64,000 nt of DNA, taken from positions 62,001 through 126,000 of the forward strand of contig CAXXQE010000008.1 in NCBI GenBank assembly GCA_963665615.2. The letters run 5' to 3'. The notes below the pieces were generated by a model that was not told the DNA's origin, ran no database searches, and saw nothing but the letters and a program-made list of their open reading frames with translations. The translations under genes and the position numbers were made by a program. Below are positions 51,145 to 60,320 of the stretch, piece after piece (positions within the stretch are counted from its first letter, which is position 1; each line of letters starts with the position of its first letter). This stretch comes from Syntrophales bacterium. GTDB taxonomy: Bacteria; Desulfobacterota; Syntrophia; Syntrophales; UBA4778.

Positions 51145-52098
51145 TTAGATCTCTGGGGTAAAGGCGTCCGTTGCGTTCGAGACCTTCGCAGCCCGCGGTG
51201 GCGGGAATCGACGCGCTTTCAGGAGCGCCAGCCAGACGCCCCCGAATCCGACAACCAGGGCCAGGGCTTCCACGAGCCATCCGATAAAAGGAATAAGCCC
51301 GACGAGCCCCAGGGCAATCATCCCCCAGAAGGTGTCTCCCAGGGACGTTGACGGCGGGCGCTTGAGCAGCGCCGTCAATCGGCCGCCCACCCATTTTGCA
51401 ACGGCGACGTAACCGATCATGAGACCGGCCGAGACGACTATCATCTCCACCGGAATGAGGACCAACCCAATAATGGATATTGCCAGCAGGACCCCGATCG
51501 GCACAATCATCAAAAGTGCGATAAGACCCGTCACTCCGGATTTAACGGGGTTGGCAGTAATCCGATCGGCAATGTGCTGCGTGGCGTCCGGGAAAAATGC
51601 GACCACGAGAAGGGCCAGTGTCAGAAAACTGGCAAAACAGATAATCGGCCAGACAGCAAGCCAGGGGAAAGGACCGGGACCGCGTCCCTCAGAGAAGAGA
51701 TTGAAAAGGGTATAGAGTCCGGGAATGTTGATTTCTGAGATATCGCCACCGACCTCGGCATCTTCGCTTTGCTCAACCACCCCGGAAATGGCCACGACAT
51801 TGCGTCCGACCGAGGCCCGATTGGTCAGAACGATGGAGCCGCCGATCACCACAACGTCCCGTTCAACGGGACCGTCAACGGTGATGTCACCCATAAAGAC
51901 AACCACATCCCGGACTTGCATCCCTTCTTCGACCATGACGTCGCTGCCGAACCGAACGATATCATGATTCCACGCCTGGGCGCATCCTCCCCACAGAATC
52001 GCCACAACCACCATAGCGGTCAACAGAGCCAGCCGGATTGCAACGACTATCCGTGTCTTCAACGGTGAGCGCATTTCTTTTATTGAGGAAGACAGCAT
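51145..52098 (-). CDS. Membrane protein with bactofilin-like beta-helix (polymer-forming cytoskeletal) domain
   Basis: Repeated V..DVVV.GG motifs followed by several TMs; start uncertain. Confidence 0.7.
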   Translation of the reverse strand: MLSSSIKEMRSPLKTRIVVAIRLALLTAMVVVAILWGGCAQAWNHDIVRFGSDVMVEEGMQVRDVVVFMGDITVDGPVERDVVVIGGSIVLTNRASVGRNVVAISGVVEQSEDAEVGGDISEINIPGLYTLFNLFSEGRGPGPFPWLAVWPIICFASFLTLALLVVAFFPDATQHIADRITANPVKSGVTGLIALLMIVPIGVLLAISIIGLVLIPVEMIVVSAGLMIGYVAVAKWVGGRLTALLKRPPSTSLGDTFWGMIALGLVGLIPFIGWLVEALALVVGFGGVWLALLKARRFPPPRAAKVSNATDAFTPEI

Positions 52099-52365
52099 GT
52101 CGAAACCTTCATTGAAAACTCGCTGGAGCATGCATGCGAGGCATGCGCTCACTGCCGAATACAGGAAATAAATGAATGGCTCTAGTATAGAGATAGCCGG
52201 GTGATTGTCAAGAAGAACTCAGTTGTAAAAGCCTTCACTTGATCCCGCAGAAGTCTCTTACGTAAGGATCGCACATGCTTTTCTTGCTTGCGCAGCAAGC
52301 TGCCAGGAATCCGCTTGCTACCGGATTGAAAGATCTGCATTCCGTGGTATATAATCCTTGTCACT

Positions 52366-52851
52366 ATGATCGACGAAAATAAAGAAGACGAATACTTCAT
52401 GTCGCTTGCCATCGGTGAAGCCGAACGGGCGTTGGAGGCCGGCGAGATTCCCGTGGGCGCTGTGGTGGTGAAGGATGGGCAGGTAATCGCGCGGGCCTTC
52501 AACCGTCCGATCACCCTGTGCGATCCTGCCGCCCACGCGGAGATCCTTGCCCTCAGAGAGGCGGGACGGGTTCTAAATAATTACCGCCTGGGCGGTGCCA
52601 CCCTCTATGTCACGATCGAACCCTGCACGATGTGTGCGGGCGCAATTATCCTGGCGCGGCTCGACCGGGTCGTCTATGGCGCTGCAGATCTCAAAACGGG
52701 GGCAGTTTCGTCGCTGTATCAGGTGTTGGCGGATGATCGCCTCAACCACACGGTGGCGGTGACTGCCGGAATTTTAAAGGAGAAATGCGGGGAACTTTTG
52801 AGTAGCTTTTTTCGTCAAAAGAGGGTAAAAACCCGGTTTGCTGACGATTAG
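52366..52851 (+). CDS. tadA: tRNA-specific adenosine deaminase
   Basis: GEIPVGAV, AHAE, EPCTMCAGA, FFRQKR. Confidence 0.95.
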   Translation: MIDENKEDEYFMSLAIGEAERALEAGEIPVGAVVVKDGQVIARAFNRPITLCDPAAHAEILALREAGRVLNNYRLGGATLYVTIEPCTMCAGAIILARLDRVVYGAADLKTGAVSSLYQVLADDRLNHTVAVTAGILKEKCGELLSSFFRQKRVKTRFADD

Positions 52852-52871
52852 CCGGTTCTTGTAACGTTTGC

Positions 52872-52965
52872 GGAGAGATACCGAAGTGGTCGTAACGGGA
52901 TCGACTCGAAATCGATTTGGGGGCCAAAAGCTCTCACGGGGGTTCGAATCCCCCTCTCTCCGCCA
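52872..52965 (+). tRNA. tRNA-Ser(CGA)
   Basis: GGAGAGA acceptor, ATCGA-CTCGAAA-TCGAT anticodon arm, long variable arm, CCA. Confidence 0.96.
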
Positions 52966-53039
52966 TTTGATAACTCACAGTATTCAGCCCCGGTTTTCAT
53001 GAAAATCGGATACGCGGCTGATACCTGTATGCATTTTAA

Positions 53040-53133
<94 letters not shown>

Positions 53134-53390
53134 TGATGATTGAATCCGGTAGCGAGCGCATGCCTCGTCCGGCTCGGCGGACTGCGGGGTACAGCGTGCG
53201 AATCATGTTTAAACATTTTCTTTTGGGATCAGAAAGTCGCTGGCGCTTGCGCCAGTGAATCTTCAATCCCAGGCCGACGTGATTTCTGTGCCGACCCAAC
53301 ATCCTTTTCGACCCGGTAACAGCGTTTTTAAGACCGGGTCTCCCGGCCCGAACGAACCATCTCCCGCGGTCCGATGATCGAATATCGAAA

Positions 53391-53493
53391 TGACAGCCGG
53401 GTCCCGCACAACGAAGGCTTGCAAACCCCGTCAGGTCCGGAAGGAAGCAGCGGTAGCAATATCCGACGTGTGTAGCGGATCGCCCGGCTGTCA
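53391..53493 (+). ncRNA. ffs: Signal recognition particle RNA (4.5S)
   Basis: CAGGTCCGGAAGGAAGCAGC domain IV; TGACAGCCGGG/CCCGGCTGTCA closing stem; upstream of dnaX. Confidence 0.93.
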
Positions 53494-53523
53494 GCTTAAT
53501 GTAAGGGTGTTGCCCCTCTTTTT

Positions 53524-53632
53524 CAGGCAGTTCAAAAAAGCTTAGAGACAAGGCATCGCGCTTATCCCAAAGTCGTTATCGGGAAGCTCCGAAGCGCAAC
53601 GCAGTCTATGAACCTCTTTTAACAGCCTACTA
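53524..53632. mobile_element. Degenerate MITE related to the 9220 element
   Basis: CAGGCAGTTCAAAAAAG ... CTTTTAACAGCCTACTA ends. Confidence 0.4.
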
Positions 53633-53653
53633 ATAGGTAAACAGGTTGGCACA

Positions 53654-55336
53654 GTGGAATATCTCGTATTAGCGCGTAAATGGCGTCCTCAGATCTTTGA
53701 CGACGTGATCGGACAGGATCACGTGGTCCAGACCCTGAAAAACGCCATCCGCATGAACCGGATCGCACATGCCTATATCTTCAGCGGTCCGCGCGGCATC
53801 GGCAAGACATCGATCGCCCGGATCTTTTCCAAGGCCCTCAACTGTGAACAGGGGCCTACCGACATCCCTTGCAATCAATGCAGCCACTGCCGCGAGATCA
53901 CCGACGGCCTCTCCATGGATGTCCGGGAAATCGACGGGGCCTCAAACCGCGGCATCGACGAAATTCGGGAACTGCGTGAAAACGTGAAGTTTGCGCCGGT
54001 GGCCGCCCGTTACAAGATCTACATCATCGACGAAGTCCACATGCTCACCAAGGAGGCCTTCAATGCGCTTTTGAAAACGATTGAAGAACCCCCCGCGCAT
54101 GTCATTTTCATCTTTGCCACCACGGAGATCCACAAGGTTCCGGCCACCATCCTGTCGCGCTGCCAGAGTCATGACTTCCGGCGCGTTTCCCTGAAGCCGC
54201 TTCGCGACCACCTGCGCCGGATCGCCGAGGCCGAGGGAATCCAGATTACTGAGGCCGGTCTCGAACAGATCGCGGAGGCCGGAGACGGCAGTATGCGGGA
54301 TGCCGAAAGTATTTTTGACCAGGTGATCGCCTATGCGGGCAACGACATCAAGGACGGCGATGTCGTGGAGATACTGGGCCTTTCAGATCGCAAGCTCCTC
54401 TATCAGCTCTCCAGCGCTATCCTGGAGCGACAAGGCACGCTTTGCCTCAAGCTCGTCGCCGAAGCCTATTACACCGGCATCGACATCAAGTTTTTTTATC
54501 AGCGCCTGGTTCGCCACTTCCTCAACCTGCTCATTGTGAAAGTCGCAGGCAAAGAATTGGAAACGCTGGAACTGCCGGACAGCGAAGTGGCAGAGATCGA
54601 ACGACAGACGGCGGAGCCTTCGCGACAGACCTTGCAGCGCCTGTTGGATATCCTCATGGCGGAAGAGGAAGATGTCCGGCGCAGTACCGATCCGAGGCTG
54701 CACCTCGAAGTCGTTCTGTTGAAGATGCTCAGCCTCGAGCCTTTGCTCCCGATCAATGAAATGGTTTCCCGACTGGAGTCCCTGGAAGAACGGTTGGCCG
54801 ATGCGGTACAGACGGATCTTTTCGCCGGAGGAACTTTACAAACGACGGACAGGACGCAGACCCAACCAAGGGCGCAGTCGACACCATCCGCACCAGCTGA
54901 AAGCCCTCGGATTCCGCTCTCCCCGTCGCCCGATTCCGCTGCTTCGCCCGGGGATCAACGGTTTTGGAGTGGTTTGACCGCTTTTGTCAAAGGCAAGGAT
55001 CATCCCCTGTGGTCGAAAATCGTCCAGGGCGTCTTCCTTGGCTATGCCCAGGGCGAACTGACACTCGGCTTCCCCAAGGGCTCCGTCGTTTCCGAGATGA
55101 TCGACAAGGAGCGGCTCGCGGCCGTCGCGGGCGAATACTGCGGGGCACCGGTGACGATTAGAATCCAGTCCGTGGAACCGCCAGACAGCCAGGGCGGCCA
55201 ATCGGCAAACGGCTCAGGAACCGCGAAAAATCTCCAGCAAATCCGGCGCGAAGCCCTGCAGAACCCGCTGGTGCAGAAGGTCATCGATATCTTTGAGGGG
55301 GCGGAGATCCGGGAAATTATTCCGAAGAAGCAGTAA
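53654..55336 (+). CDS. dnaX: DNA polymerase III subunit gamma/tau
   Basis: LARKWRPQ, GPRGIGKT, EIDGASN, IIDEVHML, SRCQ. Confidence 0.97.
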   Translation: MEYLVLARKWRPQIFDDVIGQDHVVQTLKNAIRMNRIAHAYIFSGPRGIGKTSIARIFSKALNCEQGPTDIPCNQCSHCREITDGLSMDVREIDGASNRGIDEIRELRENVKFAPVAARYKIYIIDEVHMLTKEAFNALLKTIEEPPAHVIFIFATTEIHKVPATILSRCQSHDFRRVSLKPLRDHLRRIAEAEGIQITEAGLEQIAEAGDGSMRDAESIFDQVIAYAGNDIKDGDVVEILGLSDRKLLYQLSSAILERQGTLCLKLVAEAYYTGIDIKFFYQRLVRHFLNLLIVKVAGKELETLELPDSEVAEIERQTAEPSRQTLQRLLDILMAEEEDVRRSTDPRLHLEVVLLKMLSLEPLLPINEMVSRLESLEERLADAVQTDLFAGGTLQTTDRTQTQPRAQSTPSAPAESPRIPLSPSPDSAASPGDQRFWSGLTAFVKGKDHPLWSKIVQGVFLGYAQGELTLGFPKGSVVSEMIDKERLAAVAGEYCGAPVTIRIQSVEPPDSQGGQSANGSGTAKNLQQIRREALQNPLVQKVIDIFEGAEIREIIPKKQ

Positions 55337-55440
55337 ATAGTAAACAGTAAATAGGGAACAGGGTAAGAAAATGCAGGACGAATACCGTTTACTATTTACT
55401 GTTCACTGTTGACTATTCACTAACCAGATGGAGGCATATC

Positions 55441-55755
55441 TTGCAGAACTTTGGCAACATCATCAAACAAGCGCAGCAGATGCAGAAGAAAATGGCTCGG
55501 CTTCAGGAAGAACTGGCCGCGAGAACCGTTGAGGCGACCTCCGGCGGCGGCATGGTGACCGCTGTAGTCAACGGCAAATACGAACTCGTTGCCCTGAAAA
55601 TGGAAAAGGAAGTGGTCAATCCGGAAGACATCGAAATGCTCCAGGATCTGGTGGTTGCCGCCGTCAACGAAGGGGTCCGCAAGGCCCAGGAGATGGCCGC
55701 TGCCGAGATGTCCAAGGTCACGGGGGGGATGAACATCCCCGGCCTCACGTTCTGA
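55441..55755 (+). CDS. ybaB: YbaB/EbfC nucleoid-associated protein
   Basis: [26 protein letters not shown]; synteny with dnaX and recR. Confidence 0.95.
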   Translation: MQNFGNIIKQAQQMQKKMARLQEELAARTVEATSGGGMVTAVVNGKYELVALKMEKEVVNPEDIEMLQDLVVAAVNEGVRKAQEMAAAEMSKVTGGMNIPGLTF

Positions 55756-55765
55756 GGCGCCCGGC

Positions 55766-56365
55766 ATGTCAGGCTTTGCACCCCCCATCAAACGCTTGAT
55801 CGAGGAACTGGGACGCTTCCCCGGTATCGGTGAAAAAACCGCGCATCGGCTCGCTAATTTCATTCTCCGCGCCTCCAACGAAGAGGCAAGACGACTGGCA
55901 GAGAGCATCCTCGACGTCAAGGAGAAGATCCGCTTTTGCCCGGTCTGTTTCAATCTGACGGAAATCACCCCTTGTGAGATTTGCAGTGATTCGGCTCGTG
56001 AACGGGGCGTAATCTGCGTTGTCGAGGATCCCGATTCCCTGATGGCCGTAGAGGAAAGCGGCAGTTTCAAAGGATTGTATCACGTCCTCCACGGCGTACT
56101 GGCCCCGCTAGACGGCATCGGACCAGAACAGCTGCGCGTGCGCGAATTGCTGGAGCGCATTGCCCGCCACGAGGTAAAAGAGGTGATCGTCGCAACCAAC
56201 CCGAGCATCCAGGGCGAATCAACGGCCCTGCTCATTGCCAAGCTCCTCAAGGAAAAGGGCATCGAGATTTCCCGGATCGCCCTGGGCATCCCCGTGGGCG
56301 GGGATCTGAAATACACCGACAAGATGACGTTGGCGAAGGCGATGGAGTTCCGACGCAACCTCTAA
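55766..56365 (+). CDS. recR: Recombination mediator RecR
   Basis: PGIGEKTA, C4 zinc finger, YHVLHG, EVIVATN. Confidence 0.97.
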   Translation: MSGFAPPIKRLIEELGRFPGIGEKTAHRLANFILRASNEEARRLAESILDVKEKIRFCPVCFNLTEITPCEICSDSARERGVICVVEDPDSLMAVEESGSFKGLYHVLHGVLAPLDGIGPEQLRVRELLERIARHEVKEVIVATNPSIQGESTALLIAKLLKEKGIEISRIALGIPVGGDLKYTDKMTLAKAMEFRRNL

Positions 56366-56459
56366 ATCGTTCCGGGTTCGGAGTTCAGGGTTCAAAAATA
56401 GAAAAACAGATATGGATGCGCCGCGATGCGGGCATCCATTTTTTGTAGTTGGTTAAGTC

Positions 56460-57230
56460 TCAGTTGCCACTCGGAGCGATGTCGCCGCCCGTGGGCGCTC
56501 TGCTTCGGAGGTAGCGCAGGCCAAGCCAGACGAGCAGAACGCAGAAGGCTCCCTTCAGAAGCGCGTCGGGCATATACTGCGCGACAGTCGCACCCGCAAG
56601 TGATCCGGCCATAATCCCCCCGAAGAGTCCAGGAAGAATATCTCGCCGGACGTTTCCCAGCTGCCAATGTGTCCAGGCCCCAGTCGCACCGATGGGAATC
56701 ATGGACAAAAGCGATGTTCCCTGAGCGCAGATCTGGGTCATGGCAATGATCAGGACCATACCCGGGATCATGATGGAGCCGCCCCCAACGCCGAGCATGC
56801 CGGATATAAATCCCGTGAAGAGACCGATGCCCAGCAGTGCCGCGATTCGTCCCCATCCAGCAAGCGGCGCGTGCACGGGGACGAGGTACGCTTTGGTCAG
56901 CATCACCGCGACGACGAAGAGAAGAAAACCGCCGAGAAACCGTCTGAGCTTCCAGTCTGTCATCCTGTGGCAACACAATGCGCCGGCCCTGGCAGTGCCG
57001 ATCGCCGGGACGGTGATCAGCACTGCCGCGACATAGTCGATCGATCCGTGCAGGGCGTAGGTGATTGTCCCGATTACACCCGTTACGACCAGCGCCGCAA
57101 GGCTCGTGGCATGGGCCTCGCGCTGCTGCAAGTCGAAGAAATGCACCATCAACGGAATCATGATAATCCCGCCGCCGATACCGAGGAATCCGCCGAAGCC
57201 CCCCGCCGCCAATCCAATCAAGAAACTCAT
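56460..57230 (-). CDS. Sulfite exporter TauE/SafE family protein
   Basis: Duplicated G..GIGGG...P / ATSL motifs, about 8 TMs. Confidence 0.88.
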   Translation of the reverse strand: MSFLIGLAAGGFGGFLGIGGGIIMIPLMVHFFDLQQREAHATSLAALVVTGVIGTITYALHGSIDYVAAVLITVPAIGTARAGALCCHRMTDWKLRRFLGGFLLFVVAVMLTKAYLVPVHAPLAGWGRIAALLGIGLFTGFISGMLGVGGGSIMIPGMVLIIAMTQICAQGTSLLSMIPIGATGAWTHWQLGNVRRDILPGLFGGIMAGSLAGATVAQYMPDALLKGAFCVLLVWLGLRYLRSRAPTGGDIAPSGN

Positions 57231-57322
57231 GCCCTGCCCACACCCGATAAGATGCCTCTCTGGATATGCTGAACAAACGGGGTTGTCAAGAAAAGTTGAA
57301 ATGTAAGATTTTCCGAATCTGA

Positions 57323-57418
57323 TGTAAAAACCTTTTACAATTTCGGCCTTTTTCTTCTGTAAATATACGTAAAGTGCCAATAATATTGATGATTTTTTAG
57401 TTTGGCACAGTTCTGGCT
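57323..57418 (+). promoter_or_regulatory. Enhancer palindrome plus sigma54 promoter of the PEP-CTERM gene
   Basis: TGTAAAA-N3-TTTTACA at 57323-57339 and TTGGCACAGTTCTGGCT at 57402-57418. Confidence 0.7.
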
Positions 57419-57470
57419 AATTATCAGCCAAACGATTTACCATATTCTTATGATTAAGGAGGCGAATAGT

Positions 57471-58049
57471 ATGAAAAAATTGTTTTTGTTTATCAGTCTG
57501 TGCTGCCTGCTGATGGCGCCAGCAGCGCAGGCAACCGTATTGACCTTTGATAGCCTGCCCTCGGATACGGGCACAGCCATCAGCGGTTATGCCGGCTTTG
57601 AGTGGAGCAATGTCTATGCCTTTGATCCGGTTGCTTTCGGATACACGACCTCTTATGGGGCCGGCTATGTAAATGGTATCATTTCCAGCTATAACGTTGC
57701 ATACAACGGCTGGGGTTACGATGCGAGCATATCTCTGGCATCAGGAACCTTCGATTTCAACGGCGCCTATTTCACCTCCGCCTGGAATGACAGCAACGTT
57801 CTCACCCTGACCGGCTATCTGGACGGCGTGCTGGTCTATACCAAGACGGTCACCCTGTCGACATCAGCCACTCTGTGGGTGGCGGCCGACTTTTTGGGCA
57901 TTGACGAACTGGTTCTCTCGACATCAAGCATGCAATTTGCCATGGACAATTTTACCTACAACGCACGCTGCGTACCCGAGCCCGCCACCATGCTTCTGCT
58001 TGGCGTTGGCTTGCTCGGTCTGGCCGGGGCACGGAGAAGAATGAAGTAG
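57471..58049 (+). CDS. PEP-CTERM sorting-domain surface protein
   Basis: AAGGAGG RBS, signal peptide, C-terminal VPEPATMLLLGVGLLGLAGARRR. Confidence 0.93.
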   Translation: MKKLFLFISLCCLLMAPAAQATVLTFDSLPSDTGTAISGYAGFEWSNVYAFDPVAFGYTTSYGAGYVNGIISSYNVAYNGWGYDASISLASGTFDFNGAYFTSAWNDSNVLTLTGYLDGVLVYTKTVTLSTSATLWVAADFLGIDELVLSTSSMQFAMDNFTYNARCVPEPATMLLLGVGLLGLAGARRRMK

Positions 58050-58174
58050 TGCTTCTCTTACAAATCGAATTTTAAAAAATAAAGACAATGAACGGAGTTA
58101 TCTCTGCTTTTTGCAGTATGACGTTCATTGATCGCTTAAGCTGAAAGCCAATAAGAAACCAACCTGAATGAAGA

Positions 58175-58207
58175 GGGGCTGCGGAATGATCCATATTCCG
58201 CAGCCCC
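58175..58207. terminator. Hairpin between convergent genes
   Basis: 13-bp perfect stem GGGGCTGCGGAAT/ATTCCGCAGCCCC. Confidence 0.6.
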
Positions 58208-58391
58208 CCTTGGTTCTCTTAATAGCGGAATCCGCTGAAGCTCCACGTCGTTAACACAAACACAGAGAAAAGACACATAATCTCCGAACAACCGATAAAC
58301 TCCTTCTGTGGATATAATGAATCATCAGAGTCGCTAGGCAAAAGGGAGGCGACGGGCCCAGTGGAGGGGCGGGCCCATCGCACAGAGGGGA

Positions 58392-59246
58392 TTAGAATGC
58401 GAGGCTGGCTGTGACACCGCCGTACAGAAAGGCGCTGTCTCGGTCGCTCGGAGCAGCCCCACTCATCCCCAAGCCCTTTATTTCATTCTTGGCCGCATCC
58501 GATAGGGGGAATGAGTATGAAACCGATGGCGTCAGCGTGACATAAGGGGAAACCTTGACAGGCAGGCTGACACTCAGCAGGCCGTCATGGAAACCGCTGA
58601 ACTTATCGGCTGTCGCCGCACCCGCGTCGTCGAACTTCGGATACGTTCCGGCATCCTCGCTTTTGAGATAGCCGGCAGATGCCGCCAATTGCAGCGAGAC
58701 GGTCTTGCTCAGTTCCAGGGTGTGAGAGACGCCCAGCAGGACGTACCACTGATGGTAGTGGTCGATCTCCTTGTAAATCGTCAACGTCGGAGACAGCAAC
58801 GTGTTCAAACCGGCGGTGACAAAGATCTCCTGTGAATCGAGCCTGTCGGCCGCATCCTGATTGAGGGCTCCCAATCCGTAGTAGATATAGCCGCCGCCTA
58901 CGTTGAAGAGGCCGATCGTTTTGGAATAGGAAAGCGTCAGATCCGTTTCATTCCAGCTGCTGCCATAGCCGACATTGCCCGTTCCACCGTAATAGGGACG
59001 CGTATCGAGATTGCCCCAGAGATTGACGGCAAATCCTTTATAGCCAATCGTTATAGAGGGCTGAATCACGATACTGTTGCGGCTGGACTCATAGCCCCTC
59101 CAGATATATTTGCTCAGCACCCCCACCGTCAGATTGCCAGTGGGCTTTTCTTCTTCGGCGAAAAGCGGTGCAGCGGAGACTGCCAAGAGACAGGTCAAGA
59201 CGGCACCGATGATCCATCCTTTTTGGTTCCATAATGTCGTTTTCAT
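58392..59246 (-). CDS. Outer-membrane beta-barrel, Gcw_chp/TIGR02001-like
   Basis: Signal peptide, SKYIWRG...VIQP, ETDLTLSY, terminal Phe. Confidence 0.75.
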   Translation of the reverse strand: MKTTLWNQKGWIIGAVLTCLLAVSAAPLFAEEEKPTGNLTVGVLSKYIWRGYESSRNSIVIQPSITIGYKGFAVNLWGNLDTRPYYGGTGNVGYGSSWNETDLTLSYSKTIGLFNVGGGYIYYGLGALNQDAADRLDSQEIFVTAGLNTLLSPTLTIYKEIDHYHQWYVLLGVSHTLELSKTVSLQLAASAGYLKSEDAGTYPKFDDAGAATADKFSGFHDGLLSVSLPVKVSPYVTLTPSVSYSFPLSDAAKNEIKGLGMSGAAPSDRDSAFLYGGVTASLAF

Positions 59247-59290
59247 TTTTCGTCCTCCAGGTAATTGAATATCGAGTTGCCTTTTGATAG

Positions 59291-59307
59291 AGCAATGTCG
59301 ATGCCAT
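59291..59307 (-). promoter_or_regulatory. Putative sigma54 promoter of the beta-barrel gene
   Basis: Minus strand ATGGCATCGACATTGCT. Confidence 0.65.
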
Positions 59308-59544
59308 GAGGCGGAAAAACATTTAACATTATGTTTTTATTATATAATTAAAAAAAACGATGCCGTTAGGCCAATTGGCAATATTATACATATTTGTATA
59401 TTTTTATCTATTACACACAAAAAAGTACTTATTGGTGAGTTGAAAAGAGGAAGACTTGCGTTATGGGCCGGTCATACACCCAGCCGTACCCCGTCCAAAA
59501 TAAAAAGGCGCAACCACTAATGATTGCGCCTCGTTACATCAATA

Positions 59545-59600
59545 TGGTGCCGAAGCCGGGATTTGAACCCGGACAGGAGTACTCCCACTAGACCCTGAAC
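59545..59600 (-). mobile_element. tRNA-Leu(CAG) 3' fragment marking the att junction of a genomic island
   Basis: Anticodon loop, variable arm, T arm and CCA are present but the D arm and 5' half are missing; terminator hairpin at about 59503-59531. Confidence 0.85.
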
Positions 59601-59780
59601 GCAGATTCAGGGATAACGCGGGACTCAGCGGGATAACGAAAGACATTTAATTATCGAGTAGTTATCCCGTTTTTCTTACATAAGGTACATAAAGGAAATG
59701 CAAGGAAAATGGGGGATATTTCTTGAAAAGTAATGACCAAGTAATGACCAAAGAAATATTGTCTGCCATGCGCTTGTCGC

Positions 59781-60233
59781 TTAATGCTCATCTTTTGCGG
59801 TACGAGATTTTTCAATCCCCCATGATGCCTGCGCAATGTCTTCAATCTTTGTAATGAATTTGTCAACATTAAGGCCAGCAATAAACGCTAAAGCAAGAAA
59901 GCCCAGATTTGTAGAATCAAAAGACGATCTTGCCTCCAATACAAGAAGGCCAGCTTTTAAGAATAAATAACTGATTGCGCCACAAATGTGGCTTATCAGC
60001 GGCCTGATGTAGTACCAAGGTTGCCAATCATCGTCCCACTGTTTCCTTACGCAAGCATTAAGATATACTCCGCGCAAGCAATAAACTGCACCACCTAACC
60101 CTCCCGTAAATGTGCATAGAAAAGCATTTTGCAATGCATACCACGACTCAGGAAACATACGAGCTTTCATAGCGATTAAAAGGGAAATATCGACAATAAG
60201 TATCAAGAGAAGATAGACAATAATTTTTTTCAT
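59781..60233 (-). CDS. Small multi-TM protein, putative defence effector
   Basis: Three to four hydrophobic helices, GGLGGAVY..W..WYYIRP; last gene of the operon. Confidence 0.7.
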   Translation of the reverse strand: MKKIIVYLLLILIVDISLLIAMKARMFPESWYALQNAFLCTFTGGLGGAVYCLRGVYLNACVRKQWDDDWQPWYYIRPLISHICGAISYLFLKAGLLVLEARSSFDSTNLGFLALAFIAGLNVDKFITKIEDIAQASWGIEKSRTAKDEH

Positions 60234-60320
60234 TTTCAAGTACCCTTCCGGTAAGTAGATACTGTTCTTAGCCAACGCAATAAATTGGCATGATGCAAAT
60301 AGATATGGAATGTCATCTTT

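Noticed and set aside
59545..59640. Complete tRNA-Leu gene
   Set aside because: 5' half and D arm are absent; treated as an att fragment
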